Source: Sandaracinaceae bacterium
Lineage (GTDB): Bacteria > Myxococcota_A > Polyangia > Polyangiales > Houyiibacteriaceae
DNA: 64,000 bases
Assembly: GCA_016706685.1 (NCBI GenBank)
Contig: JADJJE010000001.1
Span: 577,575-641,574, forward strand
Reading direction: 5' to 3'
The notes under the pieces are model-generated. The model was not told the origin of the DNA, searched no databases, and saw nothing but the letters and a program-made list of their open reading frames with translations. How positions within the stretch are numbered: position 1 is the stretch's first letter; each line of letters opens with the position of its first letter. The translations under genes and the position numbers were made by a program. Positions 47,448-56,145 of this stretch are shown here, piece by piece.

Positions 47448-48100
47448 CGCTGCGCACCGCCGCCCTCTTCGACATGGACAAGACGCTGGTGCCCGTGAAC
47501 ACGGGCTCCCTCTACGTGAAGTGGCGCTACCGCCGCAACGAGGCACGCAAGCGCGACATGCTCCGCTTCGCCGCTTGGATGGCGCAGTACGCAGCAGGGG
47601 TGCTGGACCCGGTCGAGCTCAGCGAGAAGGGGCTGCGGGCGCTGGCCGGCGTGGACGAGGCGCAGTTTCGGCGCGAGTGCCTGCAGTGGTACCGCGAGGA
47701 GGTCGCGCACCTGGTCACGCACGCCGCCCGCCGCGAGGTGGAGCTGCGCCGCGACCAAGGTCACGTGCTGGCGGTGCTGAGCGCGTCCACCGAGTACGTC
47801 ACCGGCCCGCTCGCGGCGTCGCTCGGCATCGAGCACGTGCTGTGCACCACGCTCGGCGTGGACAGCGCGGGCCTCTTCACGGGAGACGCCTCGCTCTGCT
47901 ACGGCGAGACCAAGCTCGCCCGCGCCACGGCGTGGGCCAGCGAGCACGGCATCGACCTCGCGCGCAGCAGCTTCTACACGGACAGCGTCAGCGACTTGCC
48001 CGTGCTGAACGCGGTGGGCGAGCCGCGCGTCGTCAACCCCGATCCACGCCTGCGCCTTCGGGCCGCGCTGCAGGGCTGGCCCATCGACATCTGGCGCTGA
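47444..48100 (+). CDS. HAD-IB family hydrolase (SerB-like)
   Basis: ATG 47444 overlaps the CPBP stop (ATGA). Motif I is FDMDKTL; the others are LSASTEYV (motif II) and FYTDSVSDLPVL (motif IV). Confidence 0.85.
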   Translation: MTLRTAALFDMDKTLVPVNTGSLYVKWRYRRNEARKRDMLRFAAWMAQYAAGVLDPVELSEKGLRALAGVDEAQFRRECLQWYREEVAHLVTHAARREVELRRDQGHVLAVLSASTEYVTGPLAASLGIEHVLCTTLGVDSAGLFTGDASLCYGETKLARATAWASEHGIDLARSSFYTDSVSDLPVLNAVGEPRVVNPDPRLRLRAALQGWPIDIWR

Positions 48101-48108
48101 GAGCACCC

Positions 48109-48975
48109 ATGACCCAACCGCACACGCTGCACCTCCCTCCCCGCCACGTGCTCGAGCGCATCACCACCATCGCGCTCGAAGAAGACCTCGGCCGCGGCGA
48201 CCTCACCACCGAGGCCACCGTGCCGGACCACGTGCAGGGCGCGGCCACGTTCACGGCGCGCGAGCCGCTGGTGTTCAGCGGCCTGGCGCTCATCCTGGAG
48301 GTCTACCGGCAGGTGGACCCGAGCGTGGTGGTGAGCGCTCAGCGCGCCGATGGCGACCGGCTCACCAAGGGGGAGCACGCCTGCCGGGTCAGCGGGTCGG
48401 CGGCCAGCATCCTGCGTGGTGAGCGCGTGGCGCTGAACTTCGCGCAGCGCATGTCGGGCGTGGCCACGCTCTCGCGGCGCTTCGTGGATGCGCTCCCCGC
48501 GGGCAGCCGCACGCGCATCGCCGACACGCGCAAGACCACGCCGGGGCTGCGCGCGCTCGAGCGCTACGCGGTGCGCTGCGGTGGCGCGTACAACCACCGC
48601 GAAGACCTGAGCAGCGCCGTGCTCATCAAGGACAACCACGTTGCGGCGGCGGGTGGCGTGGCGGCGGCCATCGAACGCGCGCGCGCCTACGCGCCGCACA
48701 CCAGCCGCATCGAGTGCGAGGTGGACACGCTGGCCCAGCTCGAGGTGGCCCTCGCCGCCGGCGCGGACATCATCATGTTGGACAACTTCGACGACGAGTC
48801 CACGCGCACCGCGCTCGCCATCGCCAAGGGGCGCTGCGTCATCGAGGTGTCGGGCGGCATCACGCTCGCGCGCGTGCACACGCTCGGCGCGCTGGGCGTG
48901 GACGTCATCAGCGTGGGCGCGCTCACCCACTCGGCGCCCGCGGTGGACCTGGGGCTCGACTGGTCCGTGCCGTGA
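48109..48975 (+). CDS. nadC: Nicotinate-nucleotide diphosphorylase (carboxylating), quinolinate phosphoribosyltransferase
   Basis: ATG 48109 (MTQPHTLHLPPRHVLERITTIALEEDLGRGDLTT). Also ERVALNFAQRMSGVAT, DTRKTTPGLR, IKDNH, IMLDNF, EVSGGI. Confidence 0.93.
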   Translation: MTQPHTLHLPPRHVLERITTIALEEDLGRGDLTTEATVPDHVQGAATFTAREPLVFSGLALILEVYRQVDPSVVVSAQRADGDRLTKGEHACRVSGSAASILRGERVALNFAQRMSGVATLSRRFVDALPAGSRTRIADTRKTTPGLRALERYAVRCGGAYNHREDLSSAVLIKDNHVAAAGGVAAAIERARAYAPHTSRIECEVDTLAQLEVALAAGADIIMLDNFDDESTRTALAIAKGRCVIEVSGGITLARVHTLGALGVDVISVGALTHSAPAVDLGLDWSVP

Positions 48976-49751
48976 CCGTGTTCGACGCCGAGCGCTGCGG
49001 CTCGTTGCTGACCACGGAGCGCCTGGGCCGCTCGCTGGTGGCGCTGAGCGAGACGGACTCCACCATGGACGACGCGCGCGCTGCGGCGGACGATGGCGCA
49101 CCCGAGGGGCACGTCATCTTGGCGGACCATCAGCGGCGGGGGCGTGGCAGTCACGGCCGCGTGTGGAGCTCTCCACCGAGCAGCGATCTGTACTTCTCCG
49201 TGGTGCTGCGGCCTGCCCTCTCGCTCGCGGACCTGCCGCCGCTGACGCTGGCGGTGGGCCTCGCCGTGGCCGACGCGCTGGCGCACGAGGCGCCGCACGC
49301 GGACGTGGGCATCAAGTGGCCGAACGACGTGTTCGTCGACGGCAAGAAGTGCGCTGGGGTGCTGGTGGAGACGCGCAGCGTCGGGCTGGACCCGGCGGCG
49401 GTGATCGTGGGCATCGGCGTCAACGTCAACCGCTTGGAGTTCGCCCCCGACTTGGCCGGCGAGTCCACCTCGCTCGCGCTGGTGACGGGCCAGCCCATCG
49501 ACCGGGAGGCGCTGCTGGCCAGCGTCTTGCTGCAGCTCGAGCGGCGCGTGACCCGCTTCGTGGCGCACGGCGCTGCGGTCATCGTGAGCGCGGTGGAGGA
49601 GCGCTTGCTCTACCGCGGGCAGCACGTCGCCATCGACCAGCACCGAGGCACGCTCCTGGGTGTGGACGCCGATGGGGCGCTCCGGCTGCGGGTCGACACC
49701 GGCGGGACGGTGCGGGTGCTCTCGGGCCGACTGCGGCCGGACCCGGGATAA
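48972..49751 (+). CDS. birA: Biotin--[acetyl-CoA-carboxylase] ligase (catalytic domain only, no N-terminal HTH)
   Basis: GTG 48972 overlaps the nadC stop (GTGA). Also HQRRGRGSHGRVWSSP (GRGRxGRxW motif) and GIKWPNDVFVDGKKCAGVLVE. Confidence 0.88.
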   Translation: MTVFDAERCGSLLTTERLGRSLVALSETDSTMDDARAAADDGAPEGHVILADHQRRGRGSHGRVWSSPPSSDLYFSVVLRPALSLADLPPLTLAVGLAVADALAHEAPHADVGIKWPNDVFVDGKKCAGVLVETRSVGLDPAAVIVGIGVNVNRLEFAPDLAGESTSLALVTGQPIDREALLASVLLQLERRVTRFVAHGAAVIVSAVEERLLYRGQHVAIDQHRGTLLGVDADGALRLRVDTGGTVRVLSGRLRPDPG

Positions 49752-49822
49752 GGGCAACTCGTCGCCGTCGCCGTCGCCGTCAACGCTCACGTCAACGTCC
49801 ACGTGGGAACAGGTTGGAGCCG

Positions 49823-50914
49823 CTACTGCGGGGTGAGTCGCCAGTAGCCGCGCGGCGCGGTGGTGGGCGTGGGCTGCACCCGCGTGGGCACCTGCGTGGT
49901 GGCGGCGGGCGGGGTGCCTTGATAGCCGGGAGGCGAGCCTTGGACGGTGGTGTCCGGGTAGACCAGCTGCCCCGTGCGGGTGCCGGCCGGCACAGGGAAG
50001 TACCACCAGCGGCCCTCGTGGAAGAGCCAGTAGCCCGCCACCCCGCGGTGGGCGCGCGTGAGGCGCAAGGTGGGGAGCGTGCCCGTCGTCTGAGCCTGGG
50101 GTTGGGGCTGCTGCGCGTAAGCCTGCTGCGCCTGGGCCTGGGGCGGCGGGGGCACGCTCGCGACCTGCGGAGCAGGCTCGGGCGGGTAGTACTCGTCGGG
50201 CTGCGCGGGCTCGGGCTCCACCAGCGCCGGAGTCGCCGGGGGTGGCTGCGGCACGTCCGCGACGCTGGGGGGCGGCAACGCCGGCTCGGGCACCAGCCGG
50301 GCCATCAACTCGGTGAGGTAGATGCCGTCCGTGCCCTGCGCGAGCCCCACGCCGATGTGCGTGGCGTTGGGGTCCAGCAGCTGTGCACGGTGCGCTTCGC
50401 TAGCCAAGATGGCCTCGTGGGCGGCCATGGCGCTGGGGCGACGCGAGATGTTCTGGGTGACTCGCAGGGCGCGGACGCCCGCCGCGCTGGCCCGGTCGGC
50501 TGGCGAGCCGGTGGTGGGCGACACGTGCGCGAGCGCCTGGGCCTGCGCCATCTCGGCACTGTGACCACGCGCGGCCTGCATCAGACCGGCGTGGCTCACC
50601 AGCGGGCCCAGCGACTCGGCCGCTCGGAGCATGTTGATGGCGTCCAGGATGGCGCCCTCCTCACCAGCCTCGCTGTCCGGCGTGGCGGTGGCTGCAACGG
50701 CGGGGGCTGCAGGGGCGGGGCGCGCGGGGGCCGCGGGCGCGGGGCGGGACCCCTCGATGGGGGCGGGGGCCTGCTGACGCTGGGCGCCTACGTGGAGCGG
50801 CGCAGACAAGAAGGACAGCGCCAGGGCCACGACGCCCCCCATCTGCCGCGGCGAGGTCCAGACGCGGCCGATGGTGCCATGGAGGGGTGGGGACTCGGGG
50901 GGGAGCACGGACAT
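49823..50914 (-). CDS. Secreted CAP/SCP (YkwD-like) domain protein with Pro/Gln-rich C-terminal half
   Basis: The CAP-like region reads ILDAINMLRAAESLGPLVSHAGLMQAARGHSAEMAQAQALAHVSP...EAHRAQLLDPNATHIGVGLA. The signal-like segment begins at the internal ATG 50842 (MGGVVALALSFLSAPLHVGAQ), which may be the true start. Confidence 0.7.
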   Translation of the reverse strand: MSVLPPESPPLHGTIGRVWTSPRQMGGVVALALSFLSAPLHVGAQRQQAPAPIEGSRPAPAAPARPAPAAPAVAATATPDSEAGEEGAILDAINMLRAAESLGPLVSHAGLMQAARGHSAEMAQAQALAHVSPTTGSPADRASAAGVRALRVTQNISRRPSAMAAHEAILASEAHRAQLLDPNATHIGVGLAQGTDGIYLTELMARLVPEPALPPPSVADVPQPPPATPALVEPEPAQPDEYYPPEPAPQVASVPPPPQAQAQQAYAQQPQPQAQTTGTLPTLRLTRAHRGVAGYWLFHEGRWWYFPVPAGTRTGQLVYPDTTVQGSPPGYQGTPPAATTQVPTRVQPTPTTAPRGYWRLTPQ

Positions 50915-51143
50915 CAGGATAACGCCTAAAGCAATGCCCGCGCCAACAGGGTTCGCGCCTCGAGGATCCCACGTGGGAAGCCTGAAACCCCCTTGGAGGG
51001 GCCCTGTGGTGGGGTGGCGGGGCGAGCTGTGACCGGTCGAGGGGTGTGAACCAGGAGCCCGCCCGGGTCCCGGGGGTCACACCGTGACGGCGCGTTCACG
51101 CCCGCTTGCAAACCCGTGGCAACCCACGCACACCGTTCCCCGG

Positions 51144-52085
51144 ATGACATCGCTGGCACACCACCTCGACCTCCTCGAGCACGGCGTCGGGGCGTATCGC
51201 ACTTCGGACCGCCTGCTGCGGGTCACGGGAGACGACCGCCTGACCTGGCTGCAGGGCCAGCTCACGCAGGATGTTCTCACGTTACGGCCAGGAGGCTCGG
51301 CCTACGCCCTCCTGCTGCACCCCACGGGCAAAATCTTGGCGGACCTCGACGTGCTGTGCCGGGAGACTGATCTGGTGCTGGTGTGCCCGCTCGACGCGGT
51401 GGACGAGGTGAGCGCTCAGCTCGAGCGCTACGTCATGATGGAAGACGTGGAGCTGGAGCGGCTTCCGGGTGCGGTGCTCGCGCTGCAGGGGCCGCGCGCC
51501 GTTGCCCTGCGCGGAGCCATCCGCGACGCACGCGGGACCGACGCGGTGTTCGAGGTGGACCGTCTGGGTCGCGGCGGCCTGTTGGTGCTCGAGAGCGCGG
51601 ACGGTGGCGAGGACGCGGTGGGCGCGGGCGCGGCCTTGTTGCCTTGCGTGGTGGAAGCCGGCGGCGGCTGGGTGTCCGCCGAGGCCACGCTGCTGGCGCG
51701 CCTGCGAGCGGGCCGGCCCGCGTTCGGAGCCGACTTCGGGCCGAGCGTGCTGCCCCAGGTGGCGGGGCTCACGCGCCGCGCCGTGTCGTTCAAGAAGGGC
51801 TGCTATCGGGGGCAAGAGCCGGTGGTCATGCTCGAGCATCGTGGCTCTCCGCCGAAGCGGCTCGTGCGCCTCGAGATCCAGGCGGCGGACGCGCTGCCTG
51901 CGGGGACCTCGCTGAGTGCCGCCGACGGGGCCCCGCTGGGCGCGATTACGAGCGCAGCCCGCGGACCGGACGGCGTGGTGTACGCGCTGGGCACGCTCAA
52001 GCGCGGCGCGGCCCTCACCGACGTGACCGGCGCGGGCGATGACGGCCAGCGCTACCCCGCGCGCGTGCTGGAGTTCGCGGAGTGA
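51144..52085 (+). CDS. ygfZ: YgfZ-family folate-binding protein (GcvT-like fold)
   Basis: ATG 51144 (MTSLAHHLDLLEHGVGAYRTSDRLLRVTGDDRLTWLQGQLTQDV). The signature FKKGCYRGQEPV (KGCYxGQE) is present. Confidence 0.85.
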   Translation: MTSLAHHLDLLEHGVGAYRTSDRLLRVTGDDRLTWLQGQLTQDVLTLRPGGSAYALLLHPTGKILADLDVLCRETDLVLVCPLDAVDEVSAQLERYVMMEDVELERLPGAVLALQGPRAVALRGAIRDARGTDAVFEVDRLGRGGLLVLESADGGEDAVGAGAALLPCVVEAGGGWVSAEATLLARLRAGRPAFGADFGPSVLPQVAGLTRRAVSFKKGCYRGQEPVVMLEHRGSPPKRLVRLEIQAADALPAGTSLSAADGAPLGAITSAARGPDGVVYALGTLKRGAALTDVTGAGDDGQRYPARVLEFAE

Positions 52086-52963
52086 GCGGCGGGCTGCGCT
52101 ACGAGGGCCGCGTGTTCCGGCCGCCCAGCGAGCACGACGCGCTGATCGTGCAGGCCACCATCGGCTGCTCGTGGAACCACTGCACCTACTGCGACATGTA
52201 CCGGGACAAGACGTTCCGCGCGCGCCCCGTGGAGGACACCCTGCGCGACCTGGACGTGGCCGCCAGTGAGCACGCGCGAAACGTCCGGAAGCTGTTCCTG
52301 GCCGACGGCGACGCGCTGGTGCTGCCCACGGACACGCTCCTGGCCATCCTGGTCCGCGCACGTGAGCGCTTCCCGCGCCTCGAGCGCGTGTCGTGCTACG
52401 CCATGGCCCGCAACGTCACCGGCAAGTCGGACGCCGAGCTGCTGGCGCTGCGTGACGCAGGCCTGACCCGCCTCTACATCGGCCCCGAGTCGGGCGATGA
52501 CGTGGTGCTGAAGCGCATCGCCAAGGGGGACACCTTCGCAGGCCATGTGAGCGCGGCAGAGCGTGCGCACCGCGCGGGCATGGAGCTCAGCGTCATTGCG
52601 CTGCTCGGCATCGCCATGGAGCGCAGCAGCGAGCACGCGCGCGCCACGGCCGCGCTGGTGACCGCCATGGACCCGGCGTTCTTCTCGGCGCTCACGGTCA
52701 CCGTGGTGCCGGGCACGCCGCTCGCCACGCTCACCGCCCGAGGGAGCTTTCGCGTCCCCGGCGTTCCGGAGCTGCTGCGAGAGCTACGCGAGATGGTGTC
52801 GTTGGCGCGCCCCACAGACGCGCTCTTTCGCACCAACCACGCGTCCAACTACCTGCCGCTGGGCGGGCACCTTCCGCGCGACGCGGAGCGCATCTGCGCC
52901 ACGATCGACGCGGCGCTCGAGGGACGCATCCCGCTCCGACGTGAGGCTCAGCGGGGCCTCTGA
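52082..52963 (+). CDS. Radical SAM protein with non-canonical Cx4Cx2C cluster motif
   Basis: GTG 52082 overlaps the ygfZ stop (GTGA). ALIVQATIGCSWNHCTYCDMY, a GGE-like LFLADGDAL, and a TIM-barrel-like remainder. Subfamily not recognised. Confidence 0.8.
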   Translation: MSGGLRYEGRVFRPPSEHDALIVQATIGCSWNHCTYCDMYRDKTFRARPVEDTLRDLDVAASEHARNVRKLFLADGDALVLPTDTLLAILVRARERFPRLERVSCYAMARNVTGKSDAELLALRDAGLTRLYIGPESGDDVVLKRIAKGDTFAGHVSAAERAHRAGMELSVIALLGIAMERSSEHARATAALVTAMDPAFFSALTVTVVPGTPLATLTARGSFRVPGVPELLRELREMVSLARPTDALFRTNHASNYLPLGGHLPRDAERICATIDAALEGRIPLRREAQRGL

Positions 52964-52978
52964 CGATAGCCCCGGCGC

Positions 52979-53308
52979 TCAGGCGCTGAAGCTGGAGCCG
53001 CAGCCGCAGGTGGCCTTGGCCGCCGGGTTGAGGAACTTGAAGCCCGCGCCGTGCAGGCCCTCGACGTAGTCGATCTCGGTCCCTTCGAGGTACTGGTAGC
53101 TCATCATGTCGATGTAGATGGGGATGCCGTGCGACTCGAAGGTCTGGTCGAGGTCGGTGGTCTCGTCCTCGAAGAAGAGGTCGTAGGAGAAGCCGCTGCA
53201 GCCACCGCCGATGACGCGGACACGCAGGCCCTGGGTGCCCAGGTCTTCGGCCTCGCGGATTTCACGAACCTTCTCGGCAGCTTTGGTGGTCAGGGTCAGC
53301 TCGGACAT
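52979..53308 (-). CDS. erpA: A-type iron-sulfur cluster insertion/carrier protein (ErpA/IscA, HesB family)
   Basis: RVRVIGGGCSGFSY and C-terminal CGCGSSF; 109 aa. Confidence 0.92.
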   Translation of the reverse strand: MSELTLTTKAAEKVREIREAEDLGTQGLRVRVIGGGCSGFSYDLFFEDETTDLDQTFESHGIPIYIDMMSYQYLEGTEIDYVEGLHGAGFKFLNPAAKATCGCGSSFSA

Positions 53309-53379
53309 GGTCGAAGGCCTCCAGAAAGGGAACGCGCGAACTATAGGGCGGGGGTCTCCATCGTGCCAGCTGGAAACTC

Positions 53380-53479
53380 ACGTTAGGGGATGCTGGTAAC
53401 GTTGAGCTGCACAAAAACGACGTCTCTTCACTCCCGGTCTTGACGTTGTCGGTTCCAAACATTACGTAACGTCACGTTA
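53380..53479. promoter_or_regulatory. Cluster of ACGTTA/TAACGT inverted repeats in the AT-richer erpA / sigma-factor divergent intergenic region (candidate operators and promoter)
   Basis: ACGTTA (53380-53385) N11 TAACGT (53397-53402). A 13-nt palindrome TAACGTcACGTTA lies at 53467-53479, overlapping TTACGTAA (53462-53469). TTGACG at 53440-53445 is a possible -35. Confidence 0.3.
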
Positions 53480-53522
53480 GTTTTGAAGACGCAACCGCGT
53501 CAGGAAGTGTTCTAGGTGTTCC

Positions 53523-54365
53523 ATGATGATGCCGCGTGACGCATCGCTCGACCGCTACATCGACCGTGTCAGGTCGCTCCCGAAGCTCTCCCGCGAGGAA
53601 GAGCACGAGGTAGCCCTGCTCGCGCGTACCGGTGACGAGCAGGCGATCCACCGGCTCGTCGAGGCAAACCTACGTTACGTCGTGGCCATCGCGCTCCAGT
53701 ACCGGCGCTACCCCATCCGCATGGGAGACCTCATCGCGGAGGGCTCGCTGGGTCTGATGACGGCGGTCAACAAGTTCGATCCCGAGCGCGGGACGCGCTT
53801 CGTGACGTACGCGGGCTACTGGATTCGAGCGTTCGTGCTCGAGTCGGTGGTGCGCTCCACGACCATGGTCGGAGGCGGGACGGGCGCGCTGCGCTCGAAG
53901 CTCTTCTTCCGGCTGCGGCGCGAGCGGGCGCGGATCGCCGCGACGGAGCAGAGCCCCGAGCGTCAGGTCGAGCTGCTGGCCGTGCAGTTCGAGACGACCC
54001 CGGAGCGGATGCAGACCATGCTGAGCCAGCTGGACGCGCGCGAGCTCTCGCTCGACACCCCCGTGCACGACGACGCCCGGGACACCCTGGGCGCCTCCTT
54101 GCAGGACACCGCCCCGCTCATGGACGAGCAGATGGACCGGACGCGCACCGACGAGCGGATCGCGGCCATCCTGAAGCAGGCCATGCGTGAGCTGGACCCG
54201 CGCGAGCGGTACATCGTCGAGCAGCGCATGCTGGCCGACAACGACGAAGAGGCCTCGCTGGCGAGCCTCGGGCGTGAGCTGGGCGTGAGCCGTGAGCGCG
54301 CCCGTCAGCTCGAGACGCGGGCGAAGCAGAAGCTGCGCAAGCACCTCGAGGCCGTCTCGGCATGA
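53523..54365 (+). CDS. RpoH-like (sigma-32 family) RNA polymerase sigma factor
   Basis: Region 2 is LVEANLRYVVAIALQYRRYPIRMGDLIAEGSLGLMTAVNKFDPERGTRFVTYAGYWIRAFV. The RpoH-box-like RSKLFFRLRRE is present. Region 4.2 is SLASLGRELGVSRERARQLETRAKQKLR. Confidence 0.88.
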   Translation: MMMPRDASLDRYIDRVRSLPKLSREEEHEVALLARTGDEQAIHRLVEANLRYVVAIALQYRRYPIRMGDLIAEGSLGLMTAVNKFDPERGTRFVTYAGYWIRAFVLESVVRSTTMVGGGTGALRSKLFFRLRRERARIAATEQSPERQVELLAVQFETTPERMQTMLSQLDARELSLDTPVHDDARDTLGASLQDTAPLMDEQMDRTRTDERIAAILKQAMRELDPRERYIVEQRMLADNDEEASLASLGRELGVSRERARQLETRAKQKLRKHLEAVSA

Positions 54366-54420
54366 CCCCGGCGACCGGCGGAGCGATCCGCCGGTCGTCT
54401 CGTTCGGGCAGCGACGCCTC

Positions 54421-56088
54421 TCAGAACGAGATCTCGACGCCGCCGGCGAGATCCAGGCCCCAGCTCATCTTGTTGCCAGCGCCCATGGGGACCAACACCA
54501 CCAGCTCGGGCTCGAGGTAGAAGCCGAAGCCATTGAAGACGCGGTAGCTGGTGGTGAGGCCGGCCGAGACCGAGAGCAGGCCGGTCTGGATCCACGGCTC
54601 GCGCATGCGCACGTCCGGCGTGGCTGGGTTGGGGCGCTGCGTGGGCTGCAGCTGGATCTGGCCGATGCCGATGCCAGCATGGAGCGCGACGTTGATGCCC
54701 GTGAAGGTCGGCCGCGTGAGCTGGAGCTGCCCGCGCAGGTTGAACATGACGCGCGAGAGCGTGCCGAGCCCGGCCTTGATGTTGACGCGCACCCCGACGG
54801 CGAGACCGACGCGGTCCGTGAAGTACCCGCCCACCTCGATGTCGAGCTGGTGGCTCGGCACGAAGCCGTTGCTCGTGACCCGCACGTGGCACTCGTCTTG
54901 GGTGGCGTAGATGACGCCGCCGATGTCGCGCTCGGGGCCCGGGTTGCAGCCCGACAGACCGGTGCTGGGGTCGATGTAGGCCGCCCAGTCGGGAGAGTTC
55001 CAGTCGCCCGGCGGGATGGCCGGGTTGTTGTCTTGCGGCGGCAGGCCATCGGCCACCATCCCGCTGGTGGCGTAGAACATTCCGGCGCCTGCGCCGAAGT
55101 GGAAGAAGAAGCGCGGGCCGGGCTCCTGAGGCGCCGTGCTGCGATCCCAGCTGCAGAGGCCCTCGAGGCACTCGAGGCCCGAGGCGCACTCCGCGCTCTC
55201 GGTGCAGGCGGCGCCCTCGCCCTGCGGCGCGCTCTCGTCGCACTCGTCTTCCGCGCACTGGGGCTGACCCACGCACTGGGCTGCGGCCGCCTGCCCGGGG
55301 AGGGATGGCGCGGCCAGGCTGCGCTCACCCACCACCACCACCTCGAACGGCTCGTTGGCGCTGCCGGCGAAGCCCACCGAGCTCCCTCCGGGACCGAAGA
55401 CCACGATGTAGTAGCGCACCGAGGGGGCCACGACGCGACGGCAGGGGATCTCGGCGCCGTAGCCGCCCGCCATGGCCGTCATGGCCACGCGCTCGTAGCG
55501 GCGCATGCCGCCGGTCCGGAAGTACAGCATGACCTCGCTGATTTCGGTGCCACCCGGCACCTCGAGGTAGACGGGCACCGGCGTGTTCACCAGCTGTTCG
55601 GCGATGGGCTCGTGCTCGAGCGCCAAGCCCTGACCACCTGCGGCCGCGCCGGCCGTGGCACCACCACCGCGGCTGTGGCGCTGCTGCGCGAGGATGAAGC
55701 GCGACTGGATGTCGGGCGAGCTGAGCGCCGGATCCAGCTCGATGTTGGCGTCGGCGTTGAGCGCCTGGACGAACAGGTCGAGGCCCGCTCCGGTGTCCTG
55801 GCGCGCGCCGATCGCCACGATGGCGAGGTTCATGTACGTGCGGGCGAGCGGCGTGTCCGTGATGCGGTGGCGCTGGCAGAGGGCGAGGGCCTCTTCGAGC
55901 AGCTCTTGCGCGCGGTCGAACTCGAAGTTGCCGTACTCGTTCATCGCGCGGATGTTGAGCGCCGCGACCTGGTCGCGTTGGGCCGGCTGTGCGCCCGCAG
56001 GGAGCGCGCTCGCGAGCACGAGAGCACCGATCACCCACGGCGCGAGCGCCGCCACCATCCTCATTCGGAGACCGTCCATCGGCGGCAT
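54421..56088 (-). CDS. Secreted protein: TPR-like N-domain, Cys-rich linker, C-terminal beta-barrel-like region
   Basis: Signal peptide MVAALAPWVIGALVLASALPAGAQ (several candidate ATGs at 56058-56088; the track ORF starts at TTG 56121). Cys-rich CVGQPQCAEDECD...CTESAECASGLECLEGLC. Ends ...LAGGVEISF. Confidence 0.6.
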   Translation of the reverse strand: MPPMDGLRMRMVAALAPWVIGALVLASALPAGAQPAQRDQVAALNIRAMNEYGNFEFDRAQELLEEALALCQRHRITDTPLARTYMNLAIVAIGARQDTGAGLDLFVQALNADANIELDPALSSPDIQSRFILAQQRHSRGGGATAGAAAGGQGLALEHEPIAEQLVNTPVPVYLEVPGGTEISEVMLYFRTGGMRRYERVAMTAMAGGYGAEIPCRRVVAPSVRYYIVVFGPGGSSVGFAGSANEPFEVVVVGERSLAAPSLPGQAAAAQCVGQPQCAEDECDESAPQGEGAACTESAECASGLECLEGLCSWDRSTAPQEPGPRFFFHFGAGAGMFYATSGMVADGLPPQDNNPAIPPGDWNSPDWAAYIDPSTGLSGCNPGPERDIGGVIYATQDECHVRVTSNGFVPSHQLDIEVGGYFTDRVGLAVGVRVNIKAGLGTLSRVMFNLRGQLQLTRPTFTGINVALHAGIGIGQIQLQPTQRPNPATPDVRMREPWIQTGLLSVSAGLTTSYRVFNGFGFYLEPELVVLVPMGAGNKMSWGLDLAGGVEISF

Positions 56089-56145
56089 CCTATCGCGCTT
56101 CCGCGCGCACGTCGCGTTCAAGATGCGCCCCCACCGCGAGTACCT

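Noticed and set aside
49752-49822. GTCGCC triplet-like repeats (gtcgccgtcgccgtcgccgtc) and gtcaacg repeats between birA and the CAP-domain gene
   Set aside because: This is a short simple-sequence run in a convergent spacer. It has no hairpin plus T-tract and no coding potential, so it is judged insignificant.
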